From: Terriglobia bacterium
GTDB lineage: Bacteria > Acidobacteriota > Terriglobia > 20CM-2-55-15
Reading direction: 5' to 3'
DNA length: 64,000 nt
NCBI GenBank assembly: GCA_963664115.2
Contig: CAXWPJ010000006.1
Span: 64,001-128,000 of the forward strand
How positions within the stretch are numbered: position 1 is the first letter of the stretch; the number at the start of each line of letters is the position of its first letter. Below are positions 1 through 8,845 of the stretch, piece after piece. Both the position numbers and the translations under genes were made by a program. The notes beneath the pieces are model-generated. The model was not told the DNA's origin. It saw only the letters and a list, made by a program, of their open reading frames with translations, and ran no database searches.

Positions 1-90
1 AAGGTGTGAAGAATGTTTGATCGTTCTTGACGATTTGCATATACTCCGCAGCGCTGTTGAACCAATTGGGGATGAGTTCAGGAGGCAAAC

Positions 91-792
91 ATGAGCAAGA
101 CCATGGGCATCACGGCGATCGCAATGTTGTTGTTCTTACTGACCGCAGGTCCGGCATACGCGGCGCAGCGGGGCGCGGGTCAACCTCCCTCTGCCCCACA
201 AAGGCTGTTCAGCATGACGATGCAGAACGAGATGCGGTCGTCTCTGACTCAGAGTGCGGTGACGACTCCAAATGTCGATCTCCAACTTTACGGAGACGGA
301 GGGGACATCATCGTCGCCACTGGCACGAACGCATACCTTCCTCGCCTGTTCTTTGGATTGTGCCGGGAACCTTGTGGCTTTACCTTGCGCGACAGGGACA
401 ACAATTTCGACCTTAGAGGGAGAGCGCGGATAAGGCTCACGACCATTGTTTCCGGTTTCCACCGCGTGCGGCCCATCATTAAATTGGCGGACGGTACATT
501 ACTGATCGCAGATCAGGCTGAGGGCTCCACTGCGGATTGGCATCAGGTCGATATCTCGTTCAGAGATTGCCGGTGGCTCAGGCTGGATCCGCTTCGAGGC
601 GTTACCTTGGGGGGAACCTGGGTTGAACCAGACCTGAGCCAGGTTGAAGAAGTGGGTTACTTCGATGTGATTCCCGGTAGCGGTGCCTGGGCTGATCGAA
701 GCCTCCCCGTTGAACAACAACCCGCCCCTCCGGCCGGAGGGTGGATTGCAGTATCCGACTTTGAACTGTGGGGCACACCAGTCCCGCGATAA
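91..792 (+). CDS. Secreted hypothetical protein (paralog of 1804-2541)
   Basis: AGGAGG RBS before ATG 91; signal peptide (…AGPAYA|A); shares DLRG-A-IR…KLADGTLL-AD…DLS-V-E-G-D motifs with the 1804-2541 product. Confidence 0.85.
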   Translation: MSKTMGITAIAMLLFLLTAGPAYAAQRGAGQPPSAPQRLFSMTMQNEMRSSLTQSAVTTPNVDLQLYGDGGDIIVATGTNAYLPRLFFGLCREPCGFTLRDRDNNFDLRGRARIRLTTIVSGFHRVRPIIKLADGTLLIADQAEGSTADWHQVDISFRDCRWLRLDPLRGVTLGGTWVEPDLSQVEEVGYFDVIPGSGAWADRSLPVEQQPAPPAGGWIAVSDFELWGTPVPR

Positions 793-871
793 CAGAGATG
801 ACAGATGACATTCGGAGCGCGGTAGCTAATAGGCTCCGATTGCATCCGTTCTCGCGTTGGGAATCTTAAAT

Positions 872-1744
872 TCAGTCGCCGCCGAATCCTCCGAACTGAT
901 TTATTGGTGCGCAGAGCAAATCGTTGAGTCCTGAAAACAAACCGTGCCATCCGAAGTTGTTCACCGGACGCGCGTCCCGCGCTTCTTTTTTCCAGACCTT
1001 TATGTCGGATATCCAGGGTGCGGTGTAGTATTTCGGGTCGTACATGATCATCTCAAGCTCGAGAGTCTTTTCGTCAGTTCGCGTATACCGCTCGATGAAC
1101 CGAACCTCATCGCTCTTCGGAAAACCATAGGCATCGAGCCAGGCTCTGGTGTCGAGGGCGATCGTCTCGACGACAAGAGTGTTTCCTTCCCATTTGCCCA
1201 CAGACATGCCCATCCATGACGGTCCGATATTCGCCAGGTTATCTCCCGAAGGCAGTTCCCGCCCGTCCATCCAGATTTCGCGTAGCATGCGTTCCTCTTG
1301 CCAGACCTGCAGAATCCGATCCGGGAGCACGAGCACTTCGTGATGGTCATGGTTGATATCGACGACGATCGCCGGAAAACCTTTCGGGTTACACGTCGCT
1401 GCGGGATAGTTTGTTTCCTCGTAGCTGGCGACAGCTTCTGTAACTTCCGGCAGGTAACTGCGAGTGGGGCGATGCGTCTGCATCAGCGCCAGGCCTTCCG
1501 GCGTCAGGGGCGGGTTCGTGCGGGGCGGGCCATGACTCCAGTCGCCACCCACCCGGAACCAGATGCCCGAGAAATCCCGCGCATCATAAGAATCGTTGTA
1601 GGTCACGTCGACATAATATTCCCGGGGCAGGTTCCCTATAGCGTTGAGGATGGGGCGTTGAGCCGCAGCGACGTGTGTGGCGGCTATGGGGCCGAAACAC
1701 AGCCCGGCCAAAGCCACCACTACAGTCACGTAGCGAATTTGCAT
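872..1744 (-). CDS. Secreted hypothetical protein (S-G-WEG-TLVVET family)
   Basis: 290 aa ORF with GGAG RBS and signal peptide; motifs DFSGIW, CNPKGFP, WMGMSVGKWEGNTLVVET, DPKYYTAPW. Confidence 0.85.
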   Translation of the reverse strand: MQIRYVTVVVALAGLCFGPIAATHVAAAQRPILNAIGNLPREYYVDVTYNDSYDARDFSGIWFRVGGDWSHGPPRTNPPLTPEGLALMQTHRPTRSYLPEVTEAVASYEETNYPAATCNPKGFPAIVVDINHDHHEVLVLPDRILQVWQEERMLREIWMDGRELPSGDNLANIGPSWMGMSVGKWEGNTLVVETIALDTRAWLDAYGFPKSDEVRFIERYTRTDEKTLELEMIMYDPKYYTAPWISDIKVWKKEARDARPVNNFGWHGLFSGLNDLLCAPINQFGGFGGD

Positions 1745-1803
1745 CCAGGACTCCTAACGTGAATTCTAATTTGGCCTGATTACCGTTGTCGGGTCTCTAC
1801 CGA

Positions 1804-2541
1804 CTAGTTCCGAGAGGTATCGCGGCTTACGGGATTCCCGTAGACCGCAATCCAGTCGAGGCCGGCATTCCCGTTCGTCCCGTGACCTGCCCCTCGCATC
1901 AAGTCGGTGAAGCCGATTTCGTCGACGCGGCTTAAATCCACATTCGTCTTCCAGTCGGAATCCCTGGATACGGCCATCCGCGTTTCGTCCAGCGCGCGCC
2001 AGCGAGGAATGTCGGCAAGGTAGAATTCGGTTTCACGCCAATATGACGACTCGGGTTCCACGTAGTCTGCCGCCAACAGGGTCCCGTCGGCGAGCTTTAC
2101 GAGGAGACGAATCTGATGCAAGCTCCGGGTCCGGGTGCGCCATCGAATCTTGGCGGGTCCCCGCAAGTCGAGATAGTTGTTTCTTTCTTTCAGCATGACG
2201 CCCCAACGGTCTTCGGTGACGCCCGACCAGATATAGCTGATTGTATTGCCGGGTTGCGCTTCGTCCGCCCCCTGGTTCAGGAGGAGTCCGGACTCATGAT
2301 CGGGGACCGCTTTCGCGCCGGGTCCGTAGAGTTTCACCTCAAGGTTGGCATTCGTCCCGTGCTGCTCCGTAAGCGGGATCTGGGTTGGTGCGTTCGGCTG
2401 TTGCCCCTGGAAGGTCTCCTGGAAAATCAGCCTGACCGATTCTGGTGACTCTGCCCCACCATCTTGTGCCGGCTGCGCGAAAGCGATACCGGCAACGCTA
2501 ATAAAAAACACAAAAATCAGGCCATAGGTTATTCTGCGCAT
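1804..2541 (-). CDS. Secreted hypothetical protein (paralog of 91-792)
   Basis: GGAGGA RBS before ATG 2541; signal peptide MRRITYG…AFA|Q; motif similarity to the 91-792 product. Confidence 0.85.
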   Translation of the reverse strand: MRRITYGLIFVFFISVAGIAFAQPAQDGGAESPESVRLIFQETFQGQQPNAPTQIPLTEQHGTNANLEVKLYGPGAKAVPDHESGLLLNQGADEAQPGNTISYIWSGVTEDRWGVMLKERNNYLDLRGPAKIRWRTRTRSLHQIRLLVKLADGTLLAADYVEPESSYWRETEFYLADIPRWRALDETRMAVSRDSDWKTNVDLSRVDEIGFTDLMRGAGHGTNGNAGLDWIAVYGNPVSRDTSRN

Positions 2542-2864
2542 CAAATCTTCCTCCGTCATTTGCACAATGACGTTCTGTTGCGGTCGTTTCCTTGTTGAGT
2601 GTTCCGAGTATCGGCAGAATATACTCTTGGGACCCGGTTGTCCACAGAGTCGGCGCCATCCGGTGCAGGTGATTCGGAGCGCTTCCGGTGGTACATGTCG
2701 GACTGCTGAGGATGGTCCGAAATTGTATCCCTGGCCACACCACGGCCGGGTGGATCGCGCTCTACGCCGTCGCTTTCAATTCCACCAACGCCGGAATAAG
2801 CTCGGCCAGCAATGCGTAGCCGTTCTTGCGAGCCGCGTCAGAGCAATTCGATCAGAACCGGCTG

Positions 2865-2977
2865 TGTAGCCCACCAGAGCATTTCGGACAGCATCCACTG
2901 AAAAACTAAGAGACACTTTCCTGCATCGGAGGATCGAATGAAGGAAAAGGTGTCTGCAGAAGATCTAGTGAGGGAGA
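2865..2977 (+). mobile_element. Left-end remnant of an IS related to the element at 24926-26415
   Basis: TGTAGCCCACCAGAGCATTTCGGAC…AAAAACTAAGAGACACTTT…GGAGGATCGAATG matches the left end at 24926; encodes MKEKVSAEDLVRE versus MSEKVSAENRVRE, then similarity stops. Confidence 0.85.
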
Positions 2978-3001
2978 CAGCACCTGGCTACTGACGGGGC
3001 T

Positions 3002-4210
3002 TCACTCGGTAAGAAACAAATCCTTGCGGATGTGGCCCACGACGACTTGCGTGAGGTCGACGACTTCAGCAACGCGAAAATCGACAGCGATGCTTGCGAG
3101 GGAGAGCGCCTTGGCCGGGGTGAGCCCCTTCTCCTTGACGAGGAAGTCGACGACTTCCCACGTCGCGTGTCGCGTCGCCCGATCGAGATCGAGGTCGATC
3201 CCCATCATCATGTAGTGCGTGTCCGTTTCCGCGCGCGGGCCCGAAATCGTCGTCCCCTTGTGCACGACGAATCGGAATACACCGGTCAGCGACTGCTCCA
3301 CCGCGGTGCCACTCACCTCGCCATCGCCCTGAACACCATGCGGGTCTCCCGTGTAGAACAGCGCGCCAGGTTGGAAGACCGGGAGATAGAGTGTTGTTCC
3401 TGCCTTCAGATCCTTGACGTCCAGATTGCCGCCGAACGGGCCCGGAGGCCTCGAGCTCTGCACTCCCGGCACCGTCACTCCGGGCTGACCCACAACCGGG
3501 TCCGCCGGCGCGACCGCCATGATGCCCATGAATGGGGCGAGCGGTACGTGAATTTCCGGCGAGAAAAGAGCGACTGCGACACCGTTCACGTCGCCGGTCC
3601 GAATCAGATGCCGGGTGCCGGCCGGGATGTCCAGTAGCGCGTCGTCCGGGCGAACCCCCGGATACCCGTCCGAAAAGACACCACCCGTCGAACTCGTGTT
3701 GTTGATCCCCCAGGGCACACGGGTCTCGATGTCGAGGATCTGCACCTCGAGCATGTCGCCCGGCTCGGCGCCATCAATGTAGATCGGACCCGTGATGACG
3801 TGTCCGCTCCGCCCTTCTCTCGGACGACCCTCCCTAGACGCCCAGAAGTCCAGTACGTCCTGGTGTATCTCTTCCTGCCCGACGCCCATTGCCGAAAGGT
3901 AGGCCACGGGCTCCTCATTCTGCGTGGACCCCGCGTGCGTCAGTGTGTCGATGCGAACGGTCTGCCCGGATTGGATGGTCAACACGGGCGCTTTGTCGAG
4001 AGGGTACCATCCCCAGGAGACCGTTTCCGGCCGTGACCCCACGAAGTGATCGGCCTGGATCGCGCCGGAGTCGGTCTGGCTCGGGGTGGGTGGGGTTGGG
4101 GCGCACCCCGCCAACACCAGTGCGCACCATGTGAGCGCACAGAGGAACTCCCGCAGTGCGAATCGGCTGCGCTTTGAAGGTGCAGTCAGAGCCACTGCTT
4201 TCGGGTCCAT
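3002..4210 (-). CDS. Acetamidase/formamidase family protein, putative lipoprotein
   Basis: Motifs HVITGPIYIDGAEPGD, PFMGIMAV, GGNLD, GDPHGVQGDGEV; AGGAGG RBS before ATG 4210; lipobox LAG|C. Confidence 0.9.
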   Translation of the reverse strand: MDPKAVALTAPSKRSRFALREFLCALTWCALVLAGCAPTPPTPSQTDSGAIQADHFVGSRPETVSWGWYPLDKAPVLTIQSGQTVRIDTLTHAGSTQNEEPVAYLSAMGVGQEEIHQDVLDFWASREGRPREGRSGHVITGPIYIDGAEPGDMLEVQILDIETRVPWGINNTSSTGGVFSDGYPGVRPDDALLDIPAGTRHLIRTGDVNGVAVALFSPEIHVPLAPFMGIMAVAPADPVVGQPGVTVPGVQSSRPPGPFGGNLDVKDLKAGTTLYLPVFQPGALFYTGDPHGVQGDGEVSGTAVEQSLTGVFRFVVHKGTTISGPRAETDTHYMMMGIDLDLDRATRHATWEVVDFLVKEKGLTPAKALSLASIAVDFRVAEVVDLTQVVVGHIRKDLFLTE

Positions 4211-4397
4211 ACGTCCTCCTGACTTTGTTTCGACCAGCATCATCATAGTTCGGGACACCGTATCGCTGACGGGTCCGTCTCGTTGATAGGGACGACAGCC
4301 CACCAAGTTAAATAACGCCTGATTTCTACTCGATTCAGCCTACCCTACCCCGAATCTCTGAGGCATGCACATCTTAATTATTCGGGATGAGTGCAGC

Positions 4398-4586
4398 TCA
4401 CGGACGGTCGTCACCAATCCGAATCCGCCACAAATCCGTTGCTCCCTTGAGCTTCCGAACTCCTCGCGGTCGGGTGTTGGCTCCCAACCTTTCGATTGTT
4501 CTAAGGATTCTGTTGCGGTTGGATTCAGGCAGCTGTTCGAGTTCTTCTCTCGCTGAGCGAGCATAAACGATCGACCAGTCAGCCAC
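4398..4586 (-). pseudogene. Truncated RelE/ParE family toxin
   Basis: …PRGVRKLKGATDLWRIRIGD then stop at 62 aa; lacks the usual YRVVY…HR C-terminal part. Confidence 0.7.
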
Positions 4587-4776
4587 GTGATCGCCGACGA
4601 GTTCGTTTGGAGAGGCGCTTTTTGACGGATTCTAAGGATTCATGAGGTTCGCTTTGTCGGGACTCGGCAACTGCACGATCATAGAAGTCTTCCCACAGCT
4701 CTGCATGTTTCTTCAGATCGATTACGGCAGCTTTCTTTTCCCCGCCTTCGTCAACTATGAACTCTACTCCCTTCAT
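4579..4776 (-). CDS. Putative antitoxin preceding the RelE-like gene
   Basis: GGAGG RBS; 65 aa (VEFIVDEGGEKKAAVIDL…ESLESVKKRL); overlaps the toxin start; TATAAT at 4796-4801. Confidence 0.75.
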   Translation of the reverse strand: MKGVEFIVDEGGEKKAAVIDLKKHAELWEDFYDRAVAESRQSEPHESLESVKKRLSKRTRRRSRG

Positions 4777-4939
4777 CGTATGCACCTCCCGGAGCATTAT
4801 AACGCCAGCTCGTCGGCCTTCGGCCCGAATCCCTTCGAAACCGGGCCTTCATCTGACTTCCCCTTGCGTATTAAAGCTCCCACCGATCGATTTGCAGCCA
4901 CTGCCCCCCGCCTTCCGCCCTCCACCCATCGCTTCTGAC

Positions 4940-5190
4940 CTTCAAACATCGCTTTTGAGCTTCAGTTTTTGTTTTCCACCTTCAAAAGTTCGCAAATGGC
5001 TTTCAAAGTTCGCAAAGCACCCTTCAGAGTTCGCAAATGGCTTTCTAAGTTCACAAGTCACCTTTCAAAGTTCGCGATTGACCTTCAGAAGTTCTGAAGT
5101 GACCTTCGATTTTCACAATCGACCTTTAGGTTTCCGCTTTCGGGTTTCAATTTGCGCTTTCCACCTTTAAAAGTTCGGCTTCCGCTTTCG
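4940..5190. repeat. Degenerate 20-21 bp tandem repeats (core CTTTCAAAGTTCGC)
   Basis: Units start near 4980, 5000, 5021, 5041, 5062, 5083 and 5104, decaying on both sides. Confidence 0.75.
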
Positions 5191-5337
5191 AATCAGTTGA
5201 ACGACGGCTGCAGCCCGGTCTTTGGTTGATAAACAGCAATGTTTGTATGGTTTAGCGCGACATTAGAAGCATGCTGGCAATGCGCTGGTATCTATATTGG
5301 CTTCCCGTGGTCTGTGCGAACGTTAGGCGAGTCTCGA

Positions 5338-5357
5338 AGTAGTACAAATATGCTACT
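5338..5357 (+). promoter_or_regulatory. Possible operator palindrome of the AbrB-Doc operon
   Basis: AGTAGtacaaatatgCTACT inverted repeat overlapping a TATGCT -10-like box about 35 bp before the ATG. Confidence 0.4.
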
Positions 5358-5389
5358 CTGTGCGTACGGACGGCAATTTAAGGAGCAAC

Positions 5390-5617
5390 ATGGTTCGAGA
5401 AGTAAAGTTACGACAGGCAGGCGGTTCAGTGAGTGCGACGTTGCCGAAAGATATGGCGGATCGCCTGCATCTTGAGCCGGGCGACCGTGTGCTTGCCCTG
5501 GAGACTGAAGAAGGCATCCTGCTCACTCCCTATGACCCGGAAACAGAACGGGCGCTACGTGCGGCCGCCAAAGCCGCGAAGAAGTATCGCAACGCTCTGC
5601 GTCAATTGGCGAAGTGA
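5390..5617 (+). CDS. AbrB/MazE/SpoVT family antitoxin
   Basis: AAGGAG RBS; KLRQAGGSVSATLPK…LEPGDRV…GILLTPYDP…YRNALRQLAK; lies directly before doc. Confidence 0.9.
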   Translation: MVREVKLRQAGGSVSATLPKDMADRLHLEPGDRVLALETEEGILLTPYDPETERALRAAAKAAKKYRNALRQLAK

Positions 5618-5620
5618 CCT

Positions 5621-6019
5621 GTGGTAAAGCGCCAGAGGGAGCCCCACTGGCTGAATCGAACAATCGTCGATTCGGTACACACGGACCAGCTTCGGGAACA
5701 TGGCGGCCTTGCCGGAATCCGCGACCGGAACGCGCTCGAGTCCGCGCTGGCTCGGGGGCGGAACAAGTGGAACTACGGCGAGGAAAATGACCTTGCCGTC
5801 CTGGCCGCCGCCTACGGCTTCGCTTTCGTGAGGAGTCACCCTTACAGTGACGGCAACAAACGGGTCGCGTTTCTTGCCATCGCAGCTTTTCTCGATATCA
5901 ACGGCCACGATCTCCAGGCGACGGATGCCGATGTTGTTACCCAGATGATGGGTCTTGCCGCCGGGCAGATTTCAGAGGACGAATTCGCGGATTGGATCTG
6001 GGAACACATGACTGCTTGA
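5621..6019 (+). CDS. doc: Death-on-curing (Fic/Doc) family toxin
   Basis: HGGLAGIRD…LESALAR…HPYSDGNKR Doc-type motif. Confidence 0.9.
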   Translation: MVKRQREPHWLNRTIVDSVHTDQLREHGGLAGIRDRNALESALARGRNKWNYGEENDLAVLAAAYGFAFVRSHPYSDGNKRVAFLAIAAFLDINGHDLQATDADVVTQMMGLAAGQISEDEFADWIWEHMTA

Positions 6020-6166
6020 CTGCCGGTGGATGCCGCTTGGCTTCCTTTTTCCCTAATAAAGCGCCCATCGATAGCGCTGCAAGCGATGGACTTCGATTGG
6101 AGTTGACCAATGCAGCGTACGGGACCTCCCTTGGTGTTGGGACATTCCAAACTCGGATATCCCCCT

Positions 6167-8845
6167 ATGACTCTCATCACCGCAACCACTAGGCTGTCCC
6201 GCGAACTCCTCGGAGAATACGATCGGGAACAAATAGCCGCAGGCCTTTCATCGTGGCCGACCGCGCACATCCTGCCGTTGACTGCATGGCTGTCAGAGCT
6301 GTGGACGGCGTCGTCTTATTCCGGTTTAACGCCAAAGGGTTTGCGGCTGTTGCGTCCTTTAGAGGAAAGCGCGATCTGGGAAGACATCGTTCGTTCTGCT
6401 TCCAACAATCTGCTTCTCGAAGTGCCGGCTACGGCGAAAGCCGCTCTCAAGGCATGGAACCTTCGCTGCGGGTGGAACCTTCCCTTGGACGCGCCGGAGT
6501 GGAACGATTCTTCCGACTCCGAGGCCTTTCATCTCTGGGCCGGGGAGTTTACGCGTCGCTGTCTTGAGAACCGTTGGCTGTCGAGTGGCGAGTTGGCGGT
6601 GTTTATAGCGGACCGGATTGATGAGGGAGACATCGACGTTCCCGACCACATCGAGATCGCTGGTTTTTTCGAACCGACACCCGTCCAGAAGCGACTGTTC
6701 GATGCGCTTGCGCGCCGTGGTGGGGAAGTCGTGGAGCGCAAGCCGTGTGATTCCCCTGGCCATGCCGTCCGTATCGGGCTGATTGATAGTGAGCGCGAGA
6801 TCCGTGGGGCCGCTGCCTGGGCCCGCCACATACTGGAGAGCGATCCGGAGGCGGAGGCTTCAGAATTTCGGATCGGTGTTATCGTTCCCGACCTCGACGG
6901 ATGCCGCAGCCGCGTGGAGCGTATTTTTGCGGAAGAGTTCCATCCCCGGAGCCGCTTGCGGCCGGACCTGGATCCGGGTCGGCTCTTTAACATTTCGATG
7001 GGACTCCCTGTGGTTGAGTATCCCATCATCGACGCGACCTTTCTGATTCTCGGGATGGATCCCGAACAGATGCCTATCGAGTCCGCCGGCCCGTTTCTGC
7101 GATCCCCTTTCATTCGCGGCTCCGATCAGGAGTGGACTCAGAGAGCCGTGCTGGACAGGGAACTGCGGGCTTTGAGGGAACCTACAGTTTCGGCGGTGGA
7201 AGTGATGCGCCTGGCCGACAATGATGACGTCGGGTGTCGGTCTCCCCAATTAGCGACCCAACTCCGAGCGTGGGTGGAGAAATGTAAGAGCCTGGTTTCT
7301 GCCCAGATGCCCAGCGACTGGGCCGCCTCCGTGTCCGGTCTGCTTACGGCGATCGGGTGGCCCGGCGACGGCAGTCTCAAAAGCGCCGAGTATCAGACGA
7401 TGGAGGTCTGGAACGAACTGCTTTCCGAACTCGCGGGCCTGGACAGTGTTACGGGCCCGATATCGTTGGATGCTGCAGTGGGGATGCTCCACCGTCTGGC
7501 GTCGGGCCGCCAGTTTCAGCCCGAGTCCGATCCGGCGCCGGTTCAGATCCTGGGCGTGTTTGAATCTGCGGGTCTGAGGTTTGATCGGCTCTGGATTATG
7601 GGCATGCACGATGGTGCCTGGCCCGCTCCGGGCGGTCCCGATCCCTTCCTGCCGTTTCGTCTGCAACGGGGTCTCGATTTGCCGCATTCCGGGCCGGAGC
7701 GTGAACTGGAATTCACCGAGCTTCTCACAGGACGGATGCTGGGGAGTGCTCCCACGATTGTTGTTAGCCATCCCGAACGGGAGGACGACTCTGATCTGAG
7801 AGTCAGCCCGCTATTTGGCTCATTGCCCGAAGTGACTGTGGACGAGCTGGGACTGCCCGATTCCGCCCGCTACGCGGAACAGCTTTGGCGATCGTCCCGG
7901 ATCGAGACACTGGAAGATCACGACGGACCTGCATGGGGCGAGGCCGGGGCCGGCGGGGGAACCTCTCTGTTCAAGCTTCAGGGGACATGTCCCTTTAAAG
8001 CCTTCGCGACATTGCGACTCGGAGCGAGAGCCATGGCGTCCGCAGAGCCGGGATTGAGTGCGCTCGACCGGGGTCAACTGATGCACCGCGTTCTCGAGCG
8101 AATCTGGAACTCAATGGGGTCCCACAAGGAGTTGCTCGCTACCACAGAAGACCGTCTGGCGGCTTTGGTCCGGACGACGGTTGGCGCAGAAATTTACGAC
8201 CTGTCTGAACGCCGGCAGTCTCTGCGAAGACGACGTTTCGCTGCCATCGAACAAACACGCCTTGAGCGTGTCCTTACAGAATGGTTGAGCCTTGAGAAAC
8301 AACGGCAGCCTTTTACGGTGGTCGAACAGGAAGAAAGTCGCCGTGTGAACGTGGGGGGCGTCGACTTGCGTATCCGTGCGGACCGCGTGGATAGGCTCGA
8401 AGATGGGGAATTGGTCATCCTCGACTACAAGACCGGTGAGTGCAGCCCTTCAGACTGGGACGGACCTCGCCCCGACGATCCGCAACTTCCGATCTATGCG
8501 GTGTCCACCGATGCACCCATCGCAGCCGTGGTTTTCGGGAGGCTCAAAACCGGTAAAGTCGGCTTCCGGGGTTCGACCGACTCCGAGGGCATCGTGCCCG
8601 GCGTCAAGCCATCCCGTGGCGGGCTTTCATTGGAAGACACGATTGACGGTTGGAGTTTGGTCTTGAATCGACTCGGCGAGGATTTTCGAAACGGAAAAGC
8701 CACCGTCGATCCCAAAGACCGTCGCCAGAGCTGCCGGTACTGCGATCTTCCAACCCTTTGCCGGATCAACGAGGCCGGGCGATTCGAAGACGCTTCAGTA
8801 GCGGCCGATGTTCGTCCGGATCGCTCAGAGGGTGGCAATGACTGA
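6167..8845 (+). CDS. addB: AddB-like PD-(D/E)XK nuclease DNA repair protein
   Basis: C-terminal CPFKAF…RADRVD…ILDYKTG…QLPIY…CRYCDLPTLC (nuclease with Fe-S staple); overlaps the start of the UvrD-like helicase. Confidence 0.85.
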   Translation: MTLITATTRLSRELLGEYDREQIAAGLSSWPTAHILPLTAWLSELWTASSYSGLTPKGLRLLRPLEESAIWEDIVRSASNNLLLEVPATAKAALKAWNLRCGWNLPLDAPEWNDSSDSEAFHLWAGEFTRRCLENRWLSSGELAVFIADRIDEGDIDVPDHIEIAGFFEPTPVQKRLFDALARRGGEVVERKPCDSPGHAVRIGLIDSEREIRGAAAWARHILESDPEAEASEFRIGVIVPDLDGCRSRVERIFAEEFHPRSRLRPDLDPGRLFNISMGLPVVEYPIIDATFLILGMDPEQMPIESAGPFLRSPFIRGSDQEWTQRAVLDRELRALREPTVSAVEVMRLADNDDVGCRSPQLATQLRAWVEKCKSLVSAQMPSDWAASVSGLLTAIGWPGDGSLKSAEYQTMEVWNELLSELAGLDSVTGPISLDAAVGMLHRLASGRQFQPESDPAPVQILGVFESAGLRFDRLWIMGMHDGAWPAPGGPDPFLPFRLQRGLDLPHSGPERELEFTELLTGRMLGSAPTIVVSHPEREDDSDLRVSPLFGSLPEVTVDELGLPDSARYAEQLWRSSRIETLEDHDGPAWGEAGAGGGTSLFKLQGTCPFKAFATLRLGARAMASAEPGLSALDRGQLMHRVLERIWNSMGSHKELLATTEDRLAALVRTTVGAEIYDLSERRQSLRRRRFAAIEQTRLERVLTEWLSLEKQRQPFTVVEQEESRRVNVGGVDLRIRADRVDRLEDGELVILDYKTGECSPSDWDGPRPDDPQLPIYAVSTDAPIAAVVFGRLKTGKVGFRGSTDSEGIVPGVKPSRGGLSLEDTIDGWSLVLNRLGEDFRNGKATVDPKDRRQSCRYCDLPTLCRINEAGRFEDASVAADVRPDRSEGGND

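Noticed and set aside
2762-2851. Minus-strand stretch …SDAARKNGYALLAELIPALVELKATA* as a gene remnant
   Set aside because: Only 29 codons, bounded by a stop, with no start or recognisable family.
4940-5190. Possible CRISPR array
   Set aside because: Units abut with no unique spacers, are degenerate, and no cas genes are present.
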